This document shows, piece after piece, positions 51,721 through 62,300 of a stretch of DNA of 64,000 bases. How positions within the stretch are numbered: the first letter of the stretch is position 1; each line of letters begins with the position of its first letter. The DNA is from Anthoceros angustus (lineage: Eukaryota; Plantae; Anthocerotophyta), in contig VJWM01000223.1 of the NCBI GenBank assembly GCA_010909165.1, positions 236,366 through 300,365 of the forward strand, in the 5' to 3' direction. The translations under genes and the position numbers were made by a program. The notes beneath the pieces are model-generated. The model was given only the letters and a program-made list of their open reading frames with translations, was not told where the DNA came from and made no database searches.

Positions 51721-53698
51721 TTAGAAACTCAATGGTACCGTCCTCCATATGTTGAAGAAGGAGAAGGCACCGGAATCATCCAGTAGTCGAGGCCCGACCT
51801 TGCTCCTGGGACAAGACTTGAAACCAGGATACTGCTGCCGAATGACGGAGGCACTGGACAACCCAAAATCGTTGGCCGCCGCGTTCAAGAAGCCCACCTT
51901 GGCCCAGGGCGGTTTCACAACGCCAGGCTTGAGGCGGTTGTTGGCAGTGTAGTAGTACTTGTACTCCAGCACATTCATCTTGGGCACATTGGGCAGGCTA
52001 TCGCAGAACCTGTAGTTGGGCTCCGACCACGGGGGCAAGTGGAACGCGTCCACTATGCTCAGCTTCACCACGTTCCGGGTGGGCATTCCGGTGCAGCCTC
52101 CGGTCTGGCTCGCGCTGGACCCTCCTCGCGGATTGCAAGAGAGGCCATTCACCGACCTCTGAGCGCAGAAGTGGTTCAACCACGGGTACGCCTGCACCCA
52201 CAACGTCGACCACTCCATGATCGATTCATCACATGTCACATGCTACGCAAGCTTATCTCCACCGCAGGAGAGAAACGGGCAGGAATCCACCCTACCTACC
52301 TTATTGAAAGCGGGAGAGTTGTACGACAGCTTGCGCTGCTGCTCCCAGAAGCTGCCGGGAAACGTAAGGCAGTTGTTCACCTCCCAGTTCTGGCAAGAAT
52401 ACCATCCCGCGCACTGAGTCTGGTTGATGGCCAGCACGCTGGTGACAATATTGTTGTGCCCGGAATTGAGCTTGATCCCATCCAAGTTGTGGGCGCACAC
52501 CGCCCCATCCACCACCACTCCAGACGAGGTGAAGTCCAGGTAGACGCAGTGCTTGCCCCCGATGACGTAGTTGCAGGACAGATAGTTCCCAGGATTCACC
52601 CAATGCGTGTCGAAGTAGAAGCCGGTGGCATCGTGATTGGGCTCGAAACCCGGGTCGAACTCGATCAGGTTCAGGCTCATGGTGTTGAGCATGCAGTCGC
52701 CCACGTTGCTGGTCCCCATCCCGCACTGGATGCCCGCGAAGTAGTGGTTCCGGAGCTCGTTGAACATGATCCGCACCCCGACAGCTCCCCGGAACAGAAC
52801 GATCCCGACGACGCCTCCGCTGAACTTGTTGTCCTCCACGATGATCTGCAATGGCGACATTGGATTCGATCCCGGTGGACGCACACTCTCAACACCATCG
52901 CACATCAGCAGGCTAGGGGGCACTTACCTGGGATCTGATCAGCTTGGTCCCGTCTCCAGACAGCCCAATCCTGAGGCAGGCAAGGTTATCGCTCTTCACA
53001 GCCACGGTGCAGGCCCGCATCCTGGTCTCCGTGGTCCGGAAAATGTCCACCCTGCCGGTCAGGGTGAGGTGCGAGAGCGTGATCCCCCACGTCTTGTACA
53101 CGAAGATGGCCGCGCAGGCCAAGGGATCCCCGAAGCCCACCTCCTTCCCCAGCTGCCGCCTGTCGCACAAGGCCGTGTTCTTCCCGGTGTCGAACCGGAT
53201 CTTGGTCACCACCACGTTGGAGACGTTGGAGAGCTGCAGCAGCGGGAAGGCCCCGTACTGCGCGTACCCGATCCGGAAGCCCCCGTTCTTGGAGGTGGCG
53301 GAGGTGAGGATGGTGCACGAGAAGCCCTGCCCGAGCAGCGCGGTGGCCCGCACCCACAGGTCGTTCTGCAGCACCAGCTTCACGGTCTGCCGTTCCGGGT
53401 ACTTGAGCCGCAAGCTCAGCTGCGAGGCCGACCTCACCGGGATCGTGATCTGGCTCGCGGAGCAGGGCCCGGCTGCACAGCGTTGCACACACATCCCACG
53501 TCAACAGCCCACCATCACGATCCGCTCTGCACAAGGCCGCCGGCTCTAGAAGCATGACCAACATCACCCACAAACTCATCCACAATGCACACCTTGGGCC
53601 AAGAGAATGTGGCCGTGCTGCAGGCAGCAGAGCGCTGCCACCCCCAGCAGCAGCATGTAGGCCTGCCTGCAGTACCCGGAGGACGCCATTCCCTGCAT
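51721..53698 (-). CDS. Secreted right-handed parallel beta-helix (pectin-lyase-like fold) protein, 4 exons
   Basis: Exons 53698-53593, 53472-52928, 52845-52300 and 52191-51721 join in frame at GT-AG sites. Signal peptide YMLLLGVAALCCL; beta-helix-like DATGFYFDTHW..GNYLSCN..YLDFTSSGVVVDG..GIKLNSGHNN; tail FLNAAANDFGL..PGFK..KVGP. TATAAAAG on the minus strand near 53922-53929. Confidence 0.8.
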
Positions 53699-54715
53699 TC
53701 CTCGCATAATACTCCTACCTCCTTCAGGCTCCGATTCTTGGACCGGCTGTCGAGGACGCTGCAGCCATGCTATAGCAACATGCCGGGCTGGGCGGCAATG
53801 GGAACGGACATGGCTGGAGCCGGAGCAGGGCCGATGTTGGGCAGCGGATCGTTCTCGGGAAACCGACGAAGACAGCGGGGATGGAGGAGGAGCAAAGGCA
53901 GCGGTAGCGGAGGGTGGGAGTGCTTTTATAATCGCAGCAGGAGGAACACACTTTGACCCGAATAGAAACCGGAGTGGCTGTGGGTGCCGGGATGCACGGA
54001 GGCTGGTACGGCAGTTGTTGATTCATGTCAACCAACGTGGTCTGAACTCCGAGCCCCACGTTCGTGCATCTTCCACTTGCTTCCTCGCCCGCCAGGTTTG
54101 CCCCCTTCCACTTAATTTAGAGCTCCCGTTAGCGGACTTCTACAATATGTGACCTGTGAATGGGGGGTACTGTGCGAGGGCATCCTTTTCCTACCACCAA
54201 CACGCGACAAGCATTTCAATTTCCGTCGTTGGACTTGTACCATGCTGTGTTGCTGATAAGCTCCTTGCACCAAGGGCATCCTTAACCTCTGGGCACCTTA
54301 TCTAAGTACGCGCATATGCTTCGGAATGACGTTTGATAAACGTGCGTCTATCTTGCCTAAGCTGCTTGGGTGACAATTTTGTACCAAGTCCCACGACGGT
54401 AATCCGTCCTTAGTGGACTTAAATAAAATTCTTCTTCTTCTTCCTCATAGCGTGTCCAAGCTACTCTTGCACCCACCAAGGGCATTCTTTCCTTCGAGGC
54501 ATCTCATCTGGATACCAATTCAAGCACAGGATGCAATCTAAATGGCATGTACCCATTCAAATATCGATTCAAACATAAGAGGCTTTACAACCATCTCACG
54601 TATCCATTACAACCATCTTAAGTACCCATTAAGCACAGAATGTTGACAACTACCTACACTTTTATAAAAACATACTAATTTAGGCTAAGCCATTTCTGTT
54701 GGTGTACAACCTTAC

Positions 54716-54968
54716 TCGTGTTTACTAAGAGTACTGATTGTGGGGCATAGCCACGTTTCTATAAATGTGTATTGGTTCATGTTTAGTAAGAATATTGATT
54801 GTGGGGCATAGCCAGGTTTTTATAAATGTGTATCGGTTCATGTTTAGTAAGAAATTGATTGTGGGGCATTGTCACTCTTTTATAAAAGTGTATCACGTCC
54901 GCCTAAGCCATTTTGGTTGGTCTACATAAAGGGGCTCGTGTTTGGTAAGAGTATTAATTGTGGGCATC
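54716..54968 (+). repeat. ~61-bp tandem repeat (3 copies plus a dispersed 4th) upstream of the OTU gene
   Basis: gttta(c/g)taaga.ta.tgattgtggggcatagcca.gttt.tataaatgtgtat.ggttcat units. Confidence 0.85.
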
Positions 54969-55488
54969 GACCTCCCAGCAGTTAGCCTGTAATATTGCAT
55001 GAGAATTATTGGCAAGTTATTGAGTTGTGGGACTTAAAATATTGTAGTTAAAACAGCTAGAAATTGAGAAACAATATCCTAAATTAGAAAAATACTCTAA
55101 TTAAAAAAATCCTATTATGAAGTTTTTAACTTCTTAAATGAGGATCCACAACTATTATATAAGGGGGCCCTTGTCTAGTGCAAGCGATTAAAAAGAGTCT
55201 AGTATTGAGGAGGGATAGAGAAGGAGGGTGTGTGTTTTTGTATATGTTTTCTTACTTGAGGATTCTTTTATACCTATATATATTTGCTTCAAGCAGTTGC
55301 TTTAATGTATGTTCTCTAGTGCTGTGATACTTGGAGACCTCTAAATCTAGTGTGGACTATTGAAGTAGAGTGTATATGTTAAAGTGTATATGTGTCTTCT
55401 CAGCTCCTCGTTAGAGCTTCTATCTTTTGGACCTATCTATCTCTATATATATATCTATATCATACAATATTTTATCCATTTGTACAAT

Positions 55489-57138
55489 ATGGTGGCAGAA
55501 AAATTTTTTAAAGTGAAAAATTTTCGTTTTAATGTCGGCGATTGTTTATTTGATGCAATATCTTACTTGTTAGAAGGTACAATTTCATCTTTAAGCTTAA
55601 GAGAAATGGCAATGGACGAGTTTAAAAATAGGATTCTAAATGAGGACCCAGTTGCTCTTGATAATCTTCAGCAATACCTTCCAGAGATCTTGCAAGATCT
55701 TCATCAAATAGATGATATAGACACTTATATTCGTAGAATGAGATTACCTTTTCTACCAAAACATATGATGGCTGGCATATCTCAAGATGTGCCCGATTCT
55801 AATGACAAAAATAAAAAAGCTCGGGGGATTGACAAAACTCAAAAAACTCGAAGATTTGGCTTAAAACATGAATATGGTGTATCTCAAGGCTTGCTAACTT
55901 CTACTAGTGGAACTCGTAAAGATCAAAGCAGTGACGCAACTTGCAAGACTCGAAGATATGGCTTAAAGCATGAATATGGCATATTTCAAGGCCTAATAGG
56001 TTTTTTTGGTAGAACTCGAAAAGCTAAAAGAGTTGACGGAACTCAAAAAGCTAAAAGAGTTGACGAAACTCAAAAATCTCGAGATTTTGGCTTTAATTTG
56101 AAATTTATTCGTAACACACCACAAGATAGAATAGCATATGATGCGATAATCCAAGATAAAAAAAATATGCTAGATACGCCAAATATGCAAGGTATGCTAA
56201 ATATGTCAGATGCGTCAAATATGCAAGGTGTGTCAAATATGTCAAGTGCGTCAAATATGTCAGGTACGGTAAATATGCTAAGTGCGTCAAATATGACAGA
56301 TGTGTTAAATATGACAGATGTGGCAAATATGACAGATGTGGCAAATATGACAGATGTGGCAAATATGACAGATGTGGCAAATATGACAGATGTGGCAAAT
56401 ATGACAGATGTGGCAAATATGACAGATGTGGCAAATATGCCAAATGTGGCAAATATGCCAGATGTGGCAAATATGCCAGGTGCGTCAAATATGCAAGGTG
56501 CATTAAATATGCTAGATGTGTCAAACATGCAAGATTCGTCAAATATCCAAAGTGCATTAAATATGCCAGATGTGTCAAACATGCAAGATGAGATTATAAC
56601 ATATGTGAAAGGACGAGATCTAGATCTTGTGTATCCGTATGTGCAAGGTGCAATAATGCAAGATGAGACACTGCAAAATACGACGATGCAAGATGGGACA
56701 CCACTACATGTGACAATGCAAGATGGTACACCGCTAGATGCGACACCGCAAGATGGTACACCGCTAGATGCGATCTTGCAAGATGGTACACCGCTAGATG
56801 CCACCGTGCAAGATAAGACGTCATTGAAAGATGGGACACCCCAAGGTGCAACACCCCGACATGAAGCACCTATACTCCAAGATGAACTTGGCCTATGGGG
56901 AGATGCACTTGCCACTCAATGGTTGAGTGTATCTTTAAAAAAACATATACGTATATGGTCAATAAAATCTGATAATGAATTGATTATGATTCAAGAGTTT
57001 GGAAAAGAATACGAGTGGAACGTCGACGAGTATGAATTGAAAGACGAAAAAAGAAAACAAGAGAGAAAATGGATGCCTAGTCTTAATATCTTGTATGATG
57101 GACGGTTGCATTATGAGCCCCTTGTTAAAAAATTGTAG
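55489..57138 (+). CDS. Intronless OTU-like cysteine protease (549 aa) with a large repeat insertion inside the catalytic domain
   Basis: Cys box NVGDCLFDAISYLL and YIRRM in the N-terminal part; LWGD..QWLS..IRIW and His box LNILYDGRLHYEPL in the C-terminal part. The frame is open throughout. TATATAAG at about 55156. Confidence 0.75.
   Translation: MVAEKFFKVKNFRFNVGDCLFDAISYLLEGTISSLSLREMAMDEFKNRILNEDPVALDNLQQYLPEILQDLHQIDDIDTYIRRMRLPFLPKHMMAGISQDVPDSNDKNKKARGIDKTQKTRRFGLKHEYGVSQGLLTSTSGTRKDQSSDATCKTRRYGLKHEYGIFQGLIGFFGRTRKAKRVDGTQKAKRVDETQKSRDFGFNLKFIRNTPQDRIAYDAIIQDKKNMLDTPNMQGMLNMSDASNMQGVSNMSSASNMSGTVNMLSASNMTDVLNMTDVANMTDVANMTDVANMTDVANMTDVANMTDVANMTDVANMPNVANMPDVANMPGASNMQGALNMLDVSNMQDSSNIQSALNMPDVSNMQDEIITYVKGRDLDLVYPYVQGAIMQDETLQNTTMQDGTPLHVTMQDGTPLDATPQDGTPLDAILQDGTPLDATVQDKTSLKDGTPQGATPRHEAPILQDELGLWGDALATQWLSVSLKKHIRIWSIKSDNELIMIQEFGKEYEWNVDEYELKDEKRKQERKWMPSLNILYDGRLHYEPLVKKL
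56164..56595 (+). repeat. 18-bp coding minisatellite (about 24 NMxxxx hexapeptides, 7 identical NMTDVA)
   Basis: aatatgacagatgtggca repeated, with degenerate flanking units. Confidence 0.95.
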
Positions 57139-57263
57139 GTTTTAGATTATGAATTGAAAGGCAATAAAAGAAACAAGGGAGAAAATGGATGCCTAGTCTT
57201 AATATCTTGTATGATGGACATTTGTATTATGAGCCCCTTGTTGAAAAATTGTAGGTTTTAGAT
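57031..57263 (+). repeat. ~117-bp tandem duplication of the OTU 3' end
   Basis: 57031-57147 is duplicated at 57148-57263. The second copy has an indel and a His-to-Tyr change in the HYEP motif. Confidence 0.9.
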
Positions 57264-57989
57264 ACCGTCCTAACTTGCATGAATGTCTAGACTGAGATGA
57301 GTTCAATCTCTTAGTTGCACACCAAAAAGCTTGGGTATGCACCAAACAGTAGCAAATAAAAACTCTAAGTGAACTCCACGGTTAAGCACCCCAAGGTTGA
57401 AACACTATTTGGGATAAGGTCTCGATCACATTTGGTGTTTCAATTCAATTTCAATGGATCGATACTAGGATATGGATCGTACTTTCTCTCATTTACAAGA
57501 AAGCTTAAGGAGACTCTAGAAACTCATAAGTGTACAAAGATATTCTTAAATATTTTTTAGTAAAAATATTCTCTAACATAAATAAAATAAAATAAAATAA
57601 AATAGGGGTACATGTGGTTTCAAGTCCTTACTTTCTTTTCTTTTTTCTTCAAGCCGATCCTCCACTTGGCTCAGTGCAGGGAGTTGGATCTCCAGCTTGA
57701 TACACGGAGCTATATTGAACTCCAGCTCATGGGCACCAAAGGATAGGCATAGGCTCGATTGGGCCAGCCTACGATCGCGACCAAGCCGTGATCATCATCA
57801 ATTAGGCTAGGTTATGGTTGTAGGCCGTGCTTGAGGATGTGATTAAGTGATCATGCCCAGTGATTAGGCAAAATCCGATCATTTTGGGCGAGGCAGATCC
57901 TTTATTAATTTCATTGAGACGCCTGATTGATTTAAGCCTCAATCATGCAGGCTTGATGACAAGCCTTCAATGACCTTTAGGCATGAATT

Positions 57990-58172
57990 GGACCAAGCCT
58001 GAATTGGCTCAAGCTTCGCTTCATTGAATCGATGAATCGGGCTAGGACTGAATTCGCTCAAGCTTCGCTCAATCGATGAATCCTGCCAAGCCTGAATTGG
58101 CTCAAGCTTCGCTAAATCAATGAATCCTGCCAAGCTTGAATTGGCTCAAGCTTCACTGAATCGATGAATTGT
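57990..58172 (+). repeat. ~43-bp degenerate tandem repeats (ccaagcctgaattggctcaagcttcgct...aatcgatgaatc)
   Basis: About four copies; resembles a transposon subterminal array. Confidence 0.8.
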
Positions 58173-59265
58173 GCCAGAACACGGTATTTTTCGAAGGGGG
58201 TGAATATGTAGGAAGGGGGTTTTGTGCCTTTTATCTGCCGAAGGAGGTTTCACAAGGGTATTGAACTCGTGTTTTTTGGGGTATGGGTGAAACAAAGGCA
58301 GAAAAGAAGGGTATCAATTTCTGTCAACCAGTGCCTAAATGTCCATATCATGCCAGCGAAAGGTTATAGTTTAAGAGTATACCTCATTTTGGGTGCATTT
58401 ACGACCCATGGACAAGGGCCATTACTACCGGTCACCGTACAAAAAAATGATTATGCGACCGCGCGACATAGACAAATCATGATAAAAGCAACGTCATTCT
58501 CATACTGCAACCCTAAAGACCCCTAAAAGTCACAGTGATGAGATTACATTGACGACCTATCGCTGATGTTCGAGCACATTCTGATTACGAAGGGAAGAGC
58601 GGCCGGTGGCCGCCTTCGACTTTGGCGATGGCCTTGTCGTGGTATCGATACTCATGAGGCCAATATTGGGACCCGTTTGGAAAGGGTCTTTGGAGTTTGG
58701 GGTTTGGGAAGGGCTTTGGCACAACCTCAATTGTGCCCGCAAATATATTCATATGATTCGGTCCCACTGACTGCAGTAGATTGAAGAGAAATGGTATGCG
58801 GCAACTAGTGTCCATTGACATATCGTCCAGGGAAAAATGCTTGCAGCGCTCATCCTGTCCCGCTTGACAGTATGCCGCAATGTAGAGCGCGGGCCCATTG
58901 GCACCCTCCCCATATGACCTTAAGCATGTAATGGAAAAAGGTTTGAACCTTGGTAAATATCAAGTATTTCAAGTCTGTAACGGCTCACACAGGACAACCG
59001 CAAACAAAATCCTATTCTCGGCCAAGATGTTTTTGAGAAATATGTACTCCGCTTGCAAATGGACACTCCAAAAGCCTGAAGCATACCCTCATTGAGAAGT
59101 TGAAGTTGATGAAAACTTGCCCATGGAAACCATCCCTTAGGAGTCAAAGTGCCGCTGAGGACAGTGAAGATGACGGTGATGATGCCATGCCCAGCGAAGA
59201 TGATGGCATGCAGTCGGGAGAAGAGTAGGAAACCCTTAGAATGTTGGCTCATCTTCAGCAGGCAA

Positions 59266-59309
59266 CCGCTTTTGTCGTAATGTATATGTATACATTACGA
59301 CAAAAGCGG
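59266..59309. repeat. Perfect inverted repeat, 21-bp arms with a 2-nt spacer
   Basis: ccgcttttgtcgtaatgtata-tg-tatacattacgacaaaagcgg. Confidence 0.97.
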
Positions 59310-62300
59310 ATTTGGGGGAAGTTTCAACAAACTCCCACGATGATCGGAGACAAGCGGGTCTAGCGAGTTTTACGGCAACGAATAGAATGCAGGAAGCCAC
59401 GCGCGTTCACGGTTTCCCGGTCTCCCGGTAGCGGGATTGCAACGAGCAATTGCAAGGACAGAGTGGAAAAGGCGGGAGGCAAGTGTGCAATCGATCGGGA
59501 ACCAAGCTTGGGCAAGAAGGAAAGCAAGAGTATGAACGCAACGATCATGGCTTGTGGACGCGGACTCTCCACAGGGTAAAATGACTTAGGTTTTGTTTTT
59601 CGTGGCGTGGGCGGGGAAATAAAGGGAAGGAAGAAATAAGTCAGGAATACTCCGGTGCACTGAGTAGGTGAAGGACTCGAGCACACTCGAGGAGCCGGAC
59701 TACACTCTGAAGGGGGGGTCCGGACCACACTCCGGAGCAGGACGGGATAAGTACGCCAAGTAAAGTAACTTGGGAGTCGGAGCATGTTTTAGACAGACGG
59801 GCCACGCGTGGATGCTGAGGTGAGCGGGCATGCATCAGACAGTAGTAGCGGTGCTATAGGAAGTATGCACGCTTTGCACGGGCAGGCTAGAGTACGCGAC
59901 GGCGTAAGGCCAGAGTAAGCGGAAGCGTAAGGCGGGAGTACGCCATGCGAGGCCACGGCGAGAGACACTCCCTCCTGACTCTCCCAGCCGCGGCCGGAGG
60001 GAAAGGCCATTTTTCTCGTGACAGCGTTTGGCTGATCTCTCTGGCCACCCAAATTTCTTTAGCGCTATCTTTTCGAGTGCTCGTGCACTCGCGGCTCACT
60101 CGCGTGGTTGGAGTGGCAAGCGCAAAGGCAGCAGATTGTTACACAATCGCCAAGCGAGCAAGAAAAACGATGAGACTCAAGAAGGCGTGGAGGTATGGGA
60201 GCCTGGCGCTTGGTGGAGCGCAACATTGTCACCGGAGATACGACTTGGACTCGGCCGGAGGAAGCGGAAGAACTGGTGGAGACATGGCACTTAGACATCT
60301 TGGTAGCAGTTTTGGACGTTTGGCGTCGCCCGAGAATACGCCAAGAAGATCTTGGCGACATGTGAACAAGGAGGTCCGCTCAAAGCGAGGAGGACCCAGG
60401 AGGTGGACCGTGGAGGTCCCGAGGTGACAGCCTTGGGAAGAAATTGGGGCGTAGTCCCGAGGCCCCTCAAGGTGAGGGAAGGTGGAAGCGTTGAAGGCGG
60501 TCATGTTAAGGCGGGACGCGTCCAACTACTGTTGATGATGACCACTTCTTTGGATAGGCGTGAGGCGTTAGCTAAGGTCATTGTCCATTGAACATGCTCA
60601 CAAGGTGGATCACCTTGGTGACAATCTTCTGGTGTTCTGCATGCCTGCGGCGAGGAGAAAAGGGCGGCGGGCGATCATCTTCGCCGGATGATCAACCGAG
60701 GCTAAGAAGCTACTTGAGTGAAAAGCCGCCTCAAGATCAACACTGGCCCCTTCCTCATCCATGTATGGGGACACCTCAACCTCCCGAAGGAGGCGAGAGG
60801 AGCCGGGCGCTCGAAAGGGCTAAGCGGCCCTACCGGGAGGCGAGCAGAATGAGCGAGGCGCAGAGCGAGGTCCAGGCCTCCAAGGCCAAAGCGGGCCCGC
60901 GAGAGGCGATTGGGAAGGGATCCCAGTTCCATCTGGGACTGACGGACCCCTCGCCACCGGAGGTATGGGAGGATATTCTCGCCTCCTCCGGTTCCGAAGC
61001 GAAGGCCCGCAGACGGGCACCCTGGGAGCCGCTGCGGCGCCACCACCAAGAACCAACCCTCTGAGCGGAGCCACGAGGAGGGTCGTCGAGGAACGGCCCC
61101 AGCCATAGCCGCCACAGGACAGGCTCCTCCGTCCTACCTATGGAGTGGTAGGGCGGAGGGAAGCCGTGAGGAGGGCAGAGCGCCCAAGGCGCTGCGAGGT
61201 CACTGGCGCAACCGTGATCCGAGTCACCCTCGAGCCTCCAAGCTGCGAGGAACGCGCTAGTTCAGGACCCCCACCTCCCACCTCCAAAGCAGGCGCGAAG
61301 AAGGAGCTAGCGGCCAAGCAACAAGGAGATTGAGAAGCGACCTGGCGGACACTCAGACTGAGGGTCCCTCAGTCCCAGAGAGCCAAGTCAGTCATCCTCG
61401 AGACATGCCCGGGCGGTCCTTAATGGACCGAGAGATGTCCGCACCATGGCAGATTTCTCGGGTGCCTCTCACAAGGCCGCTACCGTGGAAGAGACACGGC
61501 GAGATCGCAAACTGCCATGGACGTGATAGCTCTGGGGTCTCTGCAGGACGGCAGAGAAGTCTCAGGAGGTAGAGGCAACCAGGAGGTGCATGGTGCCCTC
61601 CCAGAGGCAGTGGAGGCCCGGCAAGAAGAAGGCGGAGTCCCTCGCTCAAATCGAGGAGGAAAGCGTCGGGAGGCGGAGGCGGAGGGAGTCCAGAATATTC
61701 AGGGACCAAGGTCCTCTAAATGCTGAGCAGTAAAGCAGCCCAAGCCCCGGGCGGAGAACCTCTGCAGTGGCGAAGCAGGAGGAGATGGAGGAAGCAGTAG
61801 GAAGCGGGCCCGAGACCGGCCGAGGCGCCTCAGCGAGAACAAGCCGCTGAAGCTCGGCTCAGAAGGCGGGGAGGCGAAGCCGCTCAAAGCCGTGACTGTG
61901 ATCATTCTAGATCGAAACTGGTGGAGGAGGCGGCGGAGGCAGCCACATGGCTAACACGAGGCGGAGGCGGGGAAGCGGCCAGGCACCGCCGGACCAGGTG
62001 AAGAGAAAGAGAGCCGGCAACAAGGAGATGGAGGATCTCGGGAGCTCGATTACATGGAGGCGGAGAAACGGCGGGGAGATGGAAGAGCCATGAGACGAGG
62101 CTGCCAGCTCCGAGCCGTAACGGCAGGCTCTTGGCGTGATCGGCCCGTCAGGCGGAGATAAGCGACTCCAGCTACATTGGGCGGAGGAGAGGTAAAGCGA
62201 TGGAGCAAGGCGGGGGCGTCGCAAGAAATGGAGAAGGACTGGGCTGACGAAGGCCCAGCGAGTTGCGGGCCCCTTTGGGAAGAGATGGCGGAGCTTCGGG

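Noticed and set aside
54716-54968. Repeat array as a possible CRISPR array
   Set aside because: The units are contiguous tandem copies without unique spacers, the context is eukaryotic, and there are no cas genes.
56070-56915. Long antisense ORFs (IFATSV and HLSYLP repeats)
   Set aside because: They are shadow frames of the 18-bp minisatellite; the catalytic motifs are on the + frame.
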